Part shown: positions 19,176-26,559 of the stretch, in pieces
How the letters are laid out: the number at the start of each line of letters is the position of its first letter
Numbering within the stretch: position 1 is the first letter of the stretch
Source: an uncultured virus (IMG/VR IMGVR_UViG_3300024999_000098)
Lineage: Duplodnaviria > Heunggongvirae > Uroviricota > Caudoviricetes
Virus record (IMG/VR): IMGVR_UViG_3300024999_000098
Length of the DNA stretch: 64,000 bases
Direction: 5' to 3' (one strand)
The notes under the pieces: model-generated
What the model was told of the DNA's origin: nothing
The model's input: only the letters and a program-made list of their open reading frames with translations
Database searches by the model: none
Made by a program: the position numbers and the translations under genes

Positions 19176-19214
19176 AAAGGCCCGTGCCGGTTCGATCCCA
19201 GCACGGGCCTTTTT
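19176..19214. terminator. Bidirectional terminator with T-loop-like apex
   Basis: AAA-GGCCCGTGCCGG-TTCGATC-CCAGCACGGGCC-TTTTT at convergence of the two arms. Confidence 0.8.
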
Positions 19215-19523
19215 ATTAGAATAGCCAGGCGATGAACCTGGCCAGCCATCTGTGATGGATTTTGATATAGATGAACGGTATGTGGCGCATCATGTGGATG
19301 TGCCTGTGCAGAGTCATTTGGTCCTCCCCTTGGTCATGTCCATGTGGACGGTCTTCTGTACCACCGAGGCTTCACCGGAGCGGTGGAACCAGACGGTGCT
19401 GTACTCAGTGAATTCCCCGAGCTTCATTGTGAAGATGCAATTCCACAAGATCCTCGTTGACCTGTACGGTACAAGCGTTCTTTCAATATAATTCATCTCA
19501 CACCTCATGGAATTGCAGCCAGG

Positions 19524-19820
19524 TTATTTTTTAAAGATGAAAGGGAATCCTCCACCTCCGATCAGCATCCCCAGGACCAGCCCGAGGGATGCCAGCTTCT
19601 CAGTCACCAGATCCAGATCAGCCGGATCTCCCGGTGTCTGGAAATTCGTGTTGGGGGTACGCTGGTAGAATTTCTCCATCCCGACATAGGCCTGGACATG
19701 CGGCAGCAACCGGATCGGCACCAGGCCGTCCGATAGCTCGCTACACAGGTCTTTCAGGTGCTCTGGTTTCATACTCCTCGCCTCAAAGGCTGGCGGTCGC
19801 CTTACCGGTAGATCATTCAT
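19524..19820 (-). CDS. Hypothetical early protein
   Basis: GGAGG SD, MNDLPVRR. Confidence 0.55.
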   Translation of the reverse strand: MNDLPVRRPPAFEARSMKPEHLKDLCSELSDGLVPIRLLPHVQAYVGMEKFYQRTPNTNFQTPGDPADLDLVTEKLASLGLVLGMLIGGGGFPFIFKK

Positions 19821-20067
19821 CGTCGTCCTCCCATCCGTATTCATTCGGGTTAAGAATGCGATCGATCGCCTGCCAGTAGGGAAAGCCCTGCGGGGTTTGC
19901 GACCAGCAGAAGCAGGCAGAGAGGTCCAGGTGAGGGTAAAACCCGATGAGCCTATTTTGTGACCGGGGAATAACCGGCGCTTCGTGCAGGAGCCATACAG
20001 ACGCGTCTGGATCGATCTGTGCGACCCGGTCGATCAGCCGCTGGTAGCCTTCATAATATCTTCTCAT
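19813..20067 (-). CDS. Hypothetical early protein (TPQG-motif paralog A)
   Basis: F.WSQTPQG..YW. Confidence 0.65.
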   Translation of the reverse strand: MRRYYEGYQRLIDRVAQIDPDASVWLLHEAPVIPRSQNRLIGFYPHLDLSACFCWSQTPQGFPYWQAIDRILNPNEYGWEDDDE

Positions 20068-20306
20068 TTTTTCCTCCTATACAGCTTCCGTTCGATTTCA
20101 AGCCAGTATTTGTGGCCCTGTGGGGTTTTGCACCAAACAAACGCTGCACACAAGGGGGCATTCTCACACAGGGCGGTATAGTGGTTGCCGGTGTGTCTGC
20201 GGCTCATGATCGGGGCAACGTGCAGCAGGTAGTTTGCCGCGTCGCAGTCGAATTTAGACACAAGGGTGATCAGGGCCTGGTAGTAAGTCCCGTAGTATCT
20301 TCTCAT
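20064..20306 (-). CDS. Hypothetical early protein (TPQG-motif paralog B)
   Basis: Start MRRYYG after GGAGG; F.WCKTPQG..YW. Confidence 0.65.
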   Translation of the reverse strand: MRRYYGTYYQALITLVSKFDCDAANYLLHVAPIMSRRHTGNHYTALCENAPLCAAFVWCKTPQGHKYWLEIERKLYRRKK

Positions 20307-20474
20307 TTGACCTCCACATAGATGATGGTTACCAGGGAGCCATCCCCCTGATCCTTGGTACATGCCGGGAGCATCTCACACAGGGTGATAGTCTCTCGAC
20401 CGACACAGTTACGACATGATCCTGGCCAGACTGGGGCCTCAGCCCTGAATCGCCTGCCCAGGATCTCGATGATT

Positions 20475-20864
20475 TCATTCGACCACATAATAGTCGCCTC
20501 CATCCTTCGTCCAGCCGTCGTGCAACATGGCCTGGTCGACAGTAACGTGCTTCAGGGTGCCAATGGCCTCCAATTTTTCGCCAGCCAGGAAGAACAGGTT
20601 GGCGGTCCTCTTGTGGTTCTTGGGCCGGTTCAGGATCAGGATCGATTCCTGATTATGCTTCCGGCAGAGAGCGGCGACATCCGCGCTGTAGGAGCCGCCC
20701 CAGAGCGCCACATAGCTGGTTTCCTGCTGGCCCTTGTAGGAGCCCAGGACTTTCTTTACAGGAGCGCCGATCTGCTTCTCTACATACTCCTGTTCCTTCT
20801 TACCGAGCTGCGTGTTGACGGCGAAGATGGCCAGCGCCGACTGGCTTTTCAGGAAGCGTTTCAT
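20475..20864 (-). CDS. Hypothetical early protein
   Basis: GSYKGQQETSY...QESIL; 129 aa ORF. Confidence 0.55.
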   Translation of the reverse strand: MKRFLKSQSALAIFAVNTQLGKKEQEYVEKQIGAPVKKVLGSYKGQQETSYVALWGGSYSADVAALCRKHNQESILILNRPKNHKRTANLFFLAGEKLEAIGTLKHVTVDQAMLHDGWTKDGGDYYVVE

Positions 20865-20866
20865 GA

Positions 20867-21070
20867 TCAGATCCCCATGTTGAATGCTTTACGGTTCTGA
20901 GCAAAGCGGAATGTCACCAGGCCATGCTCCTTCGAATCCTTATTCATTGGTCGCCCATCCCAAGGGCTGGAGTAATCATTGATGATGAAGTCTTTGCCCT
21001 GCTCCCATGCTTCAACAACCTCTTTTCTGCTTTTGTAGTCGCGCCCGTAGGCCGGTGTCAAGGTAATCAT
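20867..21070 (-). CDS. Hypothetical early protein
   Basis: LTPAYGRDYKS..V..AW..GKDF; GGAGG SD. Confidence 0.6.
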   Translation of the reverse strand: MITLTPAYGRDYKSRKEVVEAWEQGKDFIINDYSSPWDGRPMNKDSKEHGLVTFRFAQNRKAFNMGI

Positions 21071-21097
21071 GGTGTCCTCCATATATGGAATTGAATC

Positions 21098-21147
21098 GTT
21101 TGACTGCCCATAACCGAGCCCCGTAAGGCCCGGCTATCGAAGGTCAA
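21098..21147 (-). ncRNA. Structured RNA hairpin motif, copy 1
   Basis: 50 nt, 36/50 identical to 22444..22493 with compensatory changes. Confidence 0.65.
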
Positions 21148-21459
21148 TACTCGTTAATCATATCTCCCCAAGGCCCGCGATAGAGTGCGACCAGGCGATC
21201 CGGGTGATTCTCTCCGAGATCCAAGGCCACATCCATCATGAAGAAGCTGGTTTCAAGACCTATCGAAACACCAGCCTCAGTCCACATTGTCAACATCATA
21301 AGCATCATCATACCGGTCCCTCCCCGAGAATTCTTGTGAGCCTGATGAATTTCTTGTAATTGAGCTTACGAATGGCGCTGGCAATCATCCATTCGTAGAG
21401 CCCATTACCAGATTTACCAGACCGTTCCCATTGCCACACCATCATTGCGAAAGTCATGG

Positions 21460-21639
21460 TTACCTCCTGATCAGATCGCAGCCGATATAGGCCTCTGCTA
21501 CGTGGACATATTCCCGCCCCATGTTCCAGACCAGGCCGGTGTCAACAAGCATCTGGAACAGGGCGGTGATTTCATCTTCGTCCATCATACCATTTTCGTA
21601 GTATGATATCAACGTCGTGAGTTCTTTTTCGATTTCCAT
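21460..21639 (-). CDS. Small hypothetical early protein
   Basis: Hand-translated 59 aa: ..YENG.MDEDEITALFQMLVDTGLVW.. Confidence 0.55.
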   Translation of the reverse strand: MEIEKELTTLISYYENGMMDEDEITALFQMLVDTGLVWNMGREYVHVAEAYIGCDLIRR

Positions 21640-22046
21640 ACCGGTTCCGGCAGCTCCTCAAATACTGCCTCTCCATTAGAAAAGTGACCAATCAGCCGGT
21701 GGGTTCCGAAGACCTTGAGGAAATTCTCTTCGACCCGTTCCATAAACTTGACTGCCATTGGGGTATTGCGACCGCCGACAGGGGTCATCCAGATCGCGAT
21801 CTGTCCGCAGTATTCGCTGATCCCAACCCAGCAGAGCTTATTCTGGGCCAGTGCATGATACTCCCGGCCCAGCCACCGATTCACCTTGATGAACGACGGC
21901 CAGCGGTGCAGGGTTTCGGCCTGGATGAAATCGATCAGGTCGTCAAACCGGTCGCTGATATCATCTTCGGACTCTTCGTCGGCCCAGTCGGACCAGATCT
22001 GAAAGGCTACCAGGCTATCCATTGGATACGCTACGCTTCTTGACAT
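21609..22046 (-). CDS. Hypothetical early protein
   Basis: AGGAGG SD, MSRSVAYP; GHFSNGEAVF. Confidence 0.6.
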   Translation of the reverse strand: MSRSVAYPMDSLVAFQIWSDWADEESEDDISDRFDDLIDFIQAETLHRWPSFIKVNRWLGREYHALAQNKLCWVGISEYCGQIAIWMTPVGGRNTPMAVKFMERVEENFLKVFGTHRLIGHFSNGEAVFEELPEPVWKSKKNSRR

Positions 22047-22050
22047 ATCT

Positions 22051-22260
22051 CTACCTCCTACCATGAGTGAGGTCGTCGTATTCAGCACCGAGCATACCGA
22101 TGATTTTGACGACTTTATAATACTTCCGGCCTGCGTTTACCCCAAAACCTTTTTCCGCATCTTCGCGTGTTGCGTAGATCTTGCCAGTGGTTTTGTGTAG
22201 ATCGCAGTAAGTGTTTCCATCCGCCCTCTTGACCATTAATACATAGAATTCACATGCCAT
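22051..22260 (-). CDS. Hypothetical early protein
   Basis: AGGAGG SD. Confidence 0.55.
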   Translation of the reverse strand: MACEFYVLMVKRADGNTYCDLHKTTGKIYATREDAEKGFGVNAGRKYYKVVKIIGMLGAEYDDLTHGRR

Positions 22261-22269
22261 AATAACCTC

Positions 22270-22428
22270 CTAGAATGAAAAACGTATCTTCAGCGCCCTC
22301 TCAGAAGCGTTCATGATGAAGTGAATAACCTCTTCCAGATCAGCTTCTTTGTCGGCATATCTCTGCCAGTGTTTCTTGACATACAAGATAAAGTCAATCC
22401 TGTTGTATGGTGGTGGCTTGATTTCCAT
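22270..22428 (-). CDS. Hypothetical early protein
   Basis: GGAGG SD, MEIKPPPY. Confidence 0.5.
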   Translation of the reverse strand: MEIKPPPYNRIDFILYVKKHWQRYADKEADLEEVIHFIMNASERALKIRFSF

Positions 22429-22443
22429 ATTGAACCTCCATAG

Positions 22444-22493
22444 GTTTAATTGCCCATGGCAAGGCCCCGTGAGGCCAAGCCATCGAGAGTTAA
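22444..22493 (-). ncRNA. Structured RNA hairpin motif, copy 2
   Basis: See copy 1; lies just upstream of ATGGAGG SD. Confidence 0.65.
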
Positions 22494-22723
22494 CTCCGTG
22501 CTGCCTTTTCCTTGATGCGGCGAAAGGCGATGTTCCAGGTTGAGCCCATGCCATAGAAGGACGGCCCGGACCCGGAGATCTCGGGGTGAGCCCAGCAGGT
22601 AACCTGGACCCCTTCCTTGCTGACCTTGGTATCGTAGTAAACCTGATAGCCAGGGAATTCGATTTCCATGGATACAAACCGTGCGATCTCGATACTGGTC
22701 TTACTTCTAAGATAGGTTCTCAT
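22490..22723 (-). CDS. Hypothetical early protein
   Basis: ATGA-coupled ORF. Confidence 0.5.
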   Translation of the reverse strand: MRTYLRSKTSIEIARFVSMEIEFPGYQVYYDTKVSKEGVQVTCWAHPEISGSGPSFYGMGSTWNIAFRRIKEKAARS

Positions 22724-22887
22724 GATGCCTGCTCCTTTTTGGGTTGAATATTACAGGTCACGTAGCCATGTCTCCGGAGCCGTTCTTCTGCTTCCGGGGT
22801 TTCGGCTATTACGTATGACCAGAAACGCTCGGGCCAACCAGTCCGTCCGTAGCACATCCTCTTCGGTTGATATTCTGTCTTTTCCAT
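22720..22887 (-). CDS. Hypothetical early protein
   Basis: AAGGAG SD, MEKTEY. Confidence 0.5.
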   Translation of the reverse strand: MEKTEYQPKRMCYGRTGWPERFWSYVIAETPEAEERLRRHGYVTCNIQPKKEQAS

Positions 22888-22906
22888 GATGCTCTCCTTA
22901 AGATGA

Positions 22907-23007
22907 ATGGGCGGTCCCAGGTCCGTGTCCCTGAGATCTCCTTCCGGTCCTCCGCGTCTGCAGTCGCTCGGGCCAGTCGGCGCATTACCGATTATGCTGC
23001 CGCCCAT
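22907..23007 (-). ncRNA. Cloverleaf/tRNA-like intergenic RNA
   Basis: 8-bp closing stem ATGGGCGG/CCGCCCAT; D-arm-like GCAT-AATCGGTA-ATGC; TCTCAGG/CCTGGGA arm. Confidence 0.5.
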
Positions 23008-23011
23008 AGTG

Positions 23012-23509
23012 TTATACTGCAATCAGCCTCTCGCCGCAGCGAGTGCATTTGTATTCCTGCTTGCCAGCCACCACCCGGTTGTGCCGGATCGAGGTGAGCT
23101 CGACAGTCCTGCAGGAGCACTTGTAGGTGTGGCGCTTCTTCTCACATACCTGAACCTTGCTGACATCGTAATGATGGGTCCGCTCGGGTGAGAGGCCCGC
23201 GTCCATCATCATGCACTGCCAGCGGTGACCGTGGTTGCTGGTGCCGAAGATACAGGCTTCTACGTGATGCACTGCCTCATGGCCGGGTGTCCTTTTGACG
23301 AATTTCTCGCCTTCCTGAAAGAGAAGGTCGCGGTTCAATTTTATTTCCCTGCCGTTCGCCTGGCCAGCACATTTGCCGCGCTTGTCGAAAGTGATCGCTG
23401 GCCGGGGAATCATCCGGCAGTATTTATTCTCAAAATATCGTGTCACGCGCTCGATTTCCGCGTGACACATACTGATCAGCTGTCCTCTTAACCACTGTTC
23501 GTTATCCAT
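23012..23509 (-). CDS. SprT-like Zn metalloprotease
   Basis: AGQA, HEAVH, HG..W..M, YKCSC, H, YKCTRC. Confidence 0.85.
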   Translation of the reverse strand: MDNEQWLRGQLISMCHAEIERVTRYFENKYCRMIPRPAITFDKRGKCAGQANGREIKLNRDLLFQEGEKFVKRTPGHEAVHHVEACIFGTSNHGHRWQCMMMDAGLSPERTHHYDVSKVQVCEKKRHTYKCSCRTVELTSIRHNRVVAGKQEYKCTRCGERLIAV

Positions 23510-23511
23510 GG

Positions 23512-23886
23512 TTATCTCCTTGGAAATTTTTCCTTTACACTGTGGCTTTCCTTCCACTCCTGTGCCAAGTGATACCACTTGTCGTCACGGTCGCTCACAA
23601 CCTCCGGATGGATCTCATAACAGGTCCGGTAACCGGAATAGGATTTGAGATATTCGAAGGCCTCCTCCGGAGTGCTGAAGTAGTTTTCTGCATACTTCAT
23701 ATCGACCGATCTCCCGAAGGTGAAGTCGCTACCGTAATCCACGAAGGTCATCCGTTTTTCTCCGCATGAGTCAATTGTCCGCTCAACAACCATGCAGAGT
23801 GCGATGTCGTCTTCGCCGGTCTTGTAGATCATTGAGATGTTCCCCGAGGCCCTGTAGACCTTCTGTCCTTTCTTGAATTTCGCCAT
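23512..23886 (-). CDS. Hypothetical early protein
   Basis: GGAGG SD, MAKFKKGQKV. Confidence 0.6.
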   Translation of the reverse strand: MAKFKKGQKVYRASGNISMIYKTGEDDIALCMVVERTIDSCGEKRMTFVDYGSDFTFGRSVDMKYAENYFSTPEEAFEYLKSYSGYRTCYEIHPEVVSDRDDKWYHLAQEWKESHSVKEKFPRR

Positions 23887-23897
23887 GGTGTCCTCCA

Positions 23898-24158
23898 TTA
23901 ACTGAGTTCATCAATTTGCTTCTTCAGATCGACAATGTCCATCTGCTTTAAGTAGATCATCCTCTCAAGCTCCTCGACTTTTTCCGCCCGAGGGAGCATG
24001 TCGTGAATTACCGTCATACCGAAGCGGGTGTAGATGTCGGCTATGTCCTGTTTATACTTCATTGCCGGGTGAAACGTGTAAACCTTCTCGATAACCTTGT
24101 AATCCTCTTCCGAGACGCTGGCTATTTTTGCCCGTGCTGTGAATTCATGCATCATCAT
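23898..24158 (-). CDS. Hypothetical early protein
   Basis: AGGAG SD; 86 aa. Confidence 0.6.
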   Translation of the reverse strand: MMMHEFTARAKIASVSEEDYKVIEKVYTFHPAMKYKQDIADIYTRFGMTVIHDMLPRAEKVEELERMIYLKQMDIVDLKKQIDELS

Positions 24159-24169
24159 AATTTCGCTCC

Positions 24170-24361
24170 TTAGAAGGTGAATCCGAAGTAGACTTCCTTG
24201 TCGGCCTTGATGAAGATCTCCGTGTTGTGGTCGAACCAGCAGGTACAGGAAAAGCTCTTCGTTGCCCTGTCGTAATGGCCCTTGGTAAAGACCATCTGGC
24301 TGTTCTCTTTGCGCTTGATGAATTCGCCCTTCTTCAGGTGCCTGATCGCGATCTTATCCAT
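24170..24361 (-). CDS. Hypothetical early protein
   Basis: LKKGEF..R..V..KGHYDR..K.FSC..F.D. Confidence 0.6.
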   Translation of the reverse strand: MDKIAIRHLKKGEFIKRKENSQMVFTKGHYDRATKSFSCTCWFDHNTEIFIKADKEVYFGFTF

Positions 24362-24372
24362 AATCCCCTCCG

Positions 24373-24474
24373 TTACTTTCTATTCATTTCCCATCTGTCC
24401 CATAACCAGCAACAGAACCATACAACAGCCATCATTGCCAAAGCGATGGCGAATTCAATAAAGAATGTAAACAT
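24373..24474 (-). CDS. Small membrane peptide, first ORF of early transcript
   Basis: Hand-translated 33 aa MFTFFIEFAIALAMMAVVWFCCWLW..; GGAGG SD. Confidence 0.45.
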   Translation of the reverse strand: MFTFFIEFAIALAMMAVVWFCCWLWDRWEMNRK

Positions 24475-24490
24475 GATGCCCTCCAAAAAT

Positions 24491-24579
24491 TGCTACTCCC
24501 GGCAGGATTCGAACCTGCATCCAATGGCCTACTAAGCCAACGGCAGACCCCTTTGAACTGCCTCAAGGTGTCGGGAGCA
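24491..24579 (-). ncRNA. Non-canonical tRNA-like element
   Basis: Acceptor-like TGCTCCCG/CGGGAGTA; perfect T arm GCAGG-TTCGAAT-CCTGC; D and anticodon arms non-canonical; no encoded CCA. Confidence 0.7.
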
Positions 24580-24584
24580 TATCT

Positions 24585-24643
24585 TGTGTTTTCGACCATT
24601 CTCTGTGGTCATCGTCAGCGGTGCGAAGAAGCACCGGAACACA
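24585..24643 (-). ncRNA. Type III hammerhead ribozyme
   Basis: UGUGUUC^CGGUGC-UUCUUC-GCACCG-CUGACGA-U-GACCA-CAGAGAA-UGGUC-GAAA-ACACA: three stems plus CUGANGA/GAAA/UH core. Confidence 0.88.
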
Positions 24644-24751
24644 TATCGCCTGGCGAAGGGGCCTGATTGCCTGCTCCGCCTTAAGGGTTCTCGATTAACC
24701 TCCCCCTGTTGCTTCCGGCCTCTCTCCGGGTCGTCCTCTGCCTTCACCTAT

Positions 24752-24857
24752 ATCGTAATACCAAAACACCAGGGAGTCAAGGGTATTTTGTAATATTTTT
24801 AATATCGAGTGAAATCGGTGGAGTATGGTTGCATAAAAAGAATTGATGCTTTATATT
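24752..24857. promoter_or_regulatory. Divergent promoters (early leftward; rightward toward terminase)
   Basis: Minus: TTGACT-17-TACGAT (24780..24752); plus: TTGCAT-17-TATATT (24829..24857). Confidence 0.65.
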
Positions 24858-24922
24858 AGTAAACATGCGACCAGGAGTCTCCATAATAGTATGGGGCGGG
24901 CCTGGCGATTGGCTCTTTTTGG

Positions 24923-25231
24923 GTGATTATCATGGAGGCGACAAAAAAAGGATTACAAGTTTACCTGGGAGTTCGGCTGCTTAAGCATCTGATCAAAAAC
25001 CACCCGGCTGTCGGAGAAATGGGCATGACGGTGGAGGTCACAGACTGGGATGCATTTTTTTCTGACATAGCTAAAGCCCTGTGGACAGTGACAAAAGACG
25101 CTGACTCTCCCATGCATCGCGCCATCCATGATGCCGTCCTTTTGGCACTTGACAAGTCAAAACACGCCGCAATGGTCGATAATGACAGTGATATCCTCGA
25201 CTTGGTCGATTTTATGGAGCAGAACGCATGA
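24923..25231 (+). CDS. Hypothetical protein
   Basis: First ORF of rightward arm; start uncertain. Confidence 0.5.
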   Translation: MIIMEATKKGLQVYLGVRLLKHLIKNHPAVGEMGMTVEVTDWDAFFSDIAKALWTVTKDADSPMHRAIHDAVLLALDKSKHAAMVDNDSDILDLVDFMEQNA

Positions 25232-25590
25232 CCGGTGTCCTTCATGAGCTGAAGAAGTTATTTGTTAGGAGCCCTGGCTGGAATAAAGTCCGCAGGGCTC
25301 GTATCAAAGGCGACGGAAGTAAATGTCAGGCATGTGGTCGGACCCGCAACCTGCAGGTTCACCATGTCCTCCCCGTTCACCTGTTCCCCTGGTTGGAACT
25401 GGCCATCACCAATCTGATTACATTATGTGGCCCGTGCCACCTGTTCCTTGGCCATCTCAATCATTGGCAAGCCTATAATCCGAACATAAGGGCGCTGGCC
25501 CGGCATATGAGAACCATGATCCTCAATCGCTGGGATAAGCTCCGCACCATGGAATCTGAAGCTGATCAGGAGAAGCAATGGCAAAAGTGA
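25228..25590 (+). CDS. HNH endonuclease (Zn-binding McrA-like type, unrelated to the five AP2 copies)
   Basis: CQACG...VHH..P...NLITLCGPCH; upstream of terminase. Confidence 0.8.
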   Translation: MTGVLHELKKLFVRSPGWNKVRRARIKGDGSKCQACGRTRNLQVHHVLPVHLFPWLELAITNLITLCGPCHLFLGHLNHWQAYNPNIRALARHMRTMILNRWDKLRTMESEADQEKQWQK

Positions 25591-25756
25591 CGATTGTTGT
25601 CGAGGATTGTGAAGGTGATGAACTGGTGAGAGTCCGGATGGAATATGACCCACCGATCCCTGGTGCTGTCGCTGCTGCAGATCTTACGTGCGCTCAATTA
25701 TTGGGACTGCAGTTCATGCAGGACTATGGTATTCAACCTCAAAAAACCACAGTGCA

Positions 25757-25960
25757 ATGATGAACAAGCTCTGCTACCAGTGTGTACATTATGAGCTGAC
25801 GAGATGCCGAAGGCCTGGCGCAGATACCGTCTGCCTTGTCAATGGCTATCACACATATCCACTGTGCGAAGTTGAGCGGGAATTCGGTGCATTCCTCTCA
25901 CGCATTGTAGGAAGATGCGGCCAAGAAGGACGGTATTATGACTTCAAAGGAGATCACTGA
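25757..25960 (+). CDS. Cys-rich hypothetical protein
   Basis: CYQCVHY..C..C..ER..CG.EG.YY. Confidence 0.55.
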   Translation: MMNKLCYQCVHYELTRCRRPGADTVCLVNGYHTYPLCEVEREFGAFLSRIVGRCGQEGRYYDFKGDH

Positions 25961-26160
25961 TGCTCGATATCTATGATGACAGAAAAACTGGTACGCTGGT
26001 ACGCTGGTTGTGCGAAGCAGAGCATACCAATACCGGCGATAAACTCGTTGTGTACTGCTATCAGAACGACCCGGCAGACGTTAAGGCGATGGATGCATCC
26101 GACTTCCACCGGCAGTATCAATTGAGGCTGGATTGTGTTCTGCTGGAGGGAGTAAAATGA
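25960..26160 (+). CDS. DUF1653-like protein
   Basis: AEHTNTGDKLVVY..F pattern. Confidence 0.45.
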   Translation: MLDIYDDRKTGTLVRWLCEAEHTNTGDKLVVYCYQNDPADVKAMDASDFHRQYQLRLDCVLLEGVK

Positions 26161-26558
26161 AAGGCAAAGGTATTCAGGTTACAAATAAGGCCTATCGAGA
26201 TGGATACGAGCGCACGTTCAAGAAGCCCACTCTTTTGGAGAAAATGAGAACTGCAACTGATGAGCTTGAGCGGAATAGCGAGATCCCTTCTCTCTTGGAT
26301 AGCCTGAGAGATGTAAACTCATACACCAAGGAAGAGCTGAACAAGCACTTCCACCTGGCAGACTTCGTTGCCCTGCGTGATGGTGAATGGACTGAAGAGA
26401 AGGTCTACGCTATCACCAACGAAGAGATCACTGATCCAGGTTCATGGGTAAAGGCCAGGTTCATCGAAAAGACTGAGGTCTGTGTAGAGAATATCGATAC
26501 CAAGCCACTGATGGAGAGCTGGGTTCTCGATATCAATCACTTCGAAGGACTCGATTAA
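26157..26558 (+). CDS. Hypothetical protein
   Basis: GGAGG SD; NKAYRDGYERTF. Confidence 0.55.
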   Translation: MKGKGIQVTNKAYRDGYERTFKKPTLLEKMRTATDELERNSEIPSLLDSLRDVNSYTKEELNKHFHLADFVALRDGEWTEEKVYAITNEEITDPGSWVKARFIEKTEVCVENIDTKPLMESWVLDINHFEGLD

Positions 26559-26559
26559 G

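Noticed and set aside
24491..24579. Canonical tRNA (Thr-AGT or Sec-TCA)
   Set aside because: D arm and spacing do not fit either fold, and there is no 7-nt UCA loop on a proper stem; kept as tRNA-like only.
24650..24745. CsrA/RsmA-sponge sRNA call
   Set aside because: GGA triplets are present but not in ANGGA hairpin-loop context.
24532..24747. 71-aa ORF over the leader
   Set aside because: Its start coincides with the predicted transcription start, with no SD; the region is better explained by the ribozyme and tRNA-like RNA.
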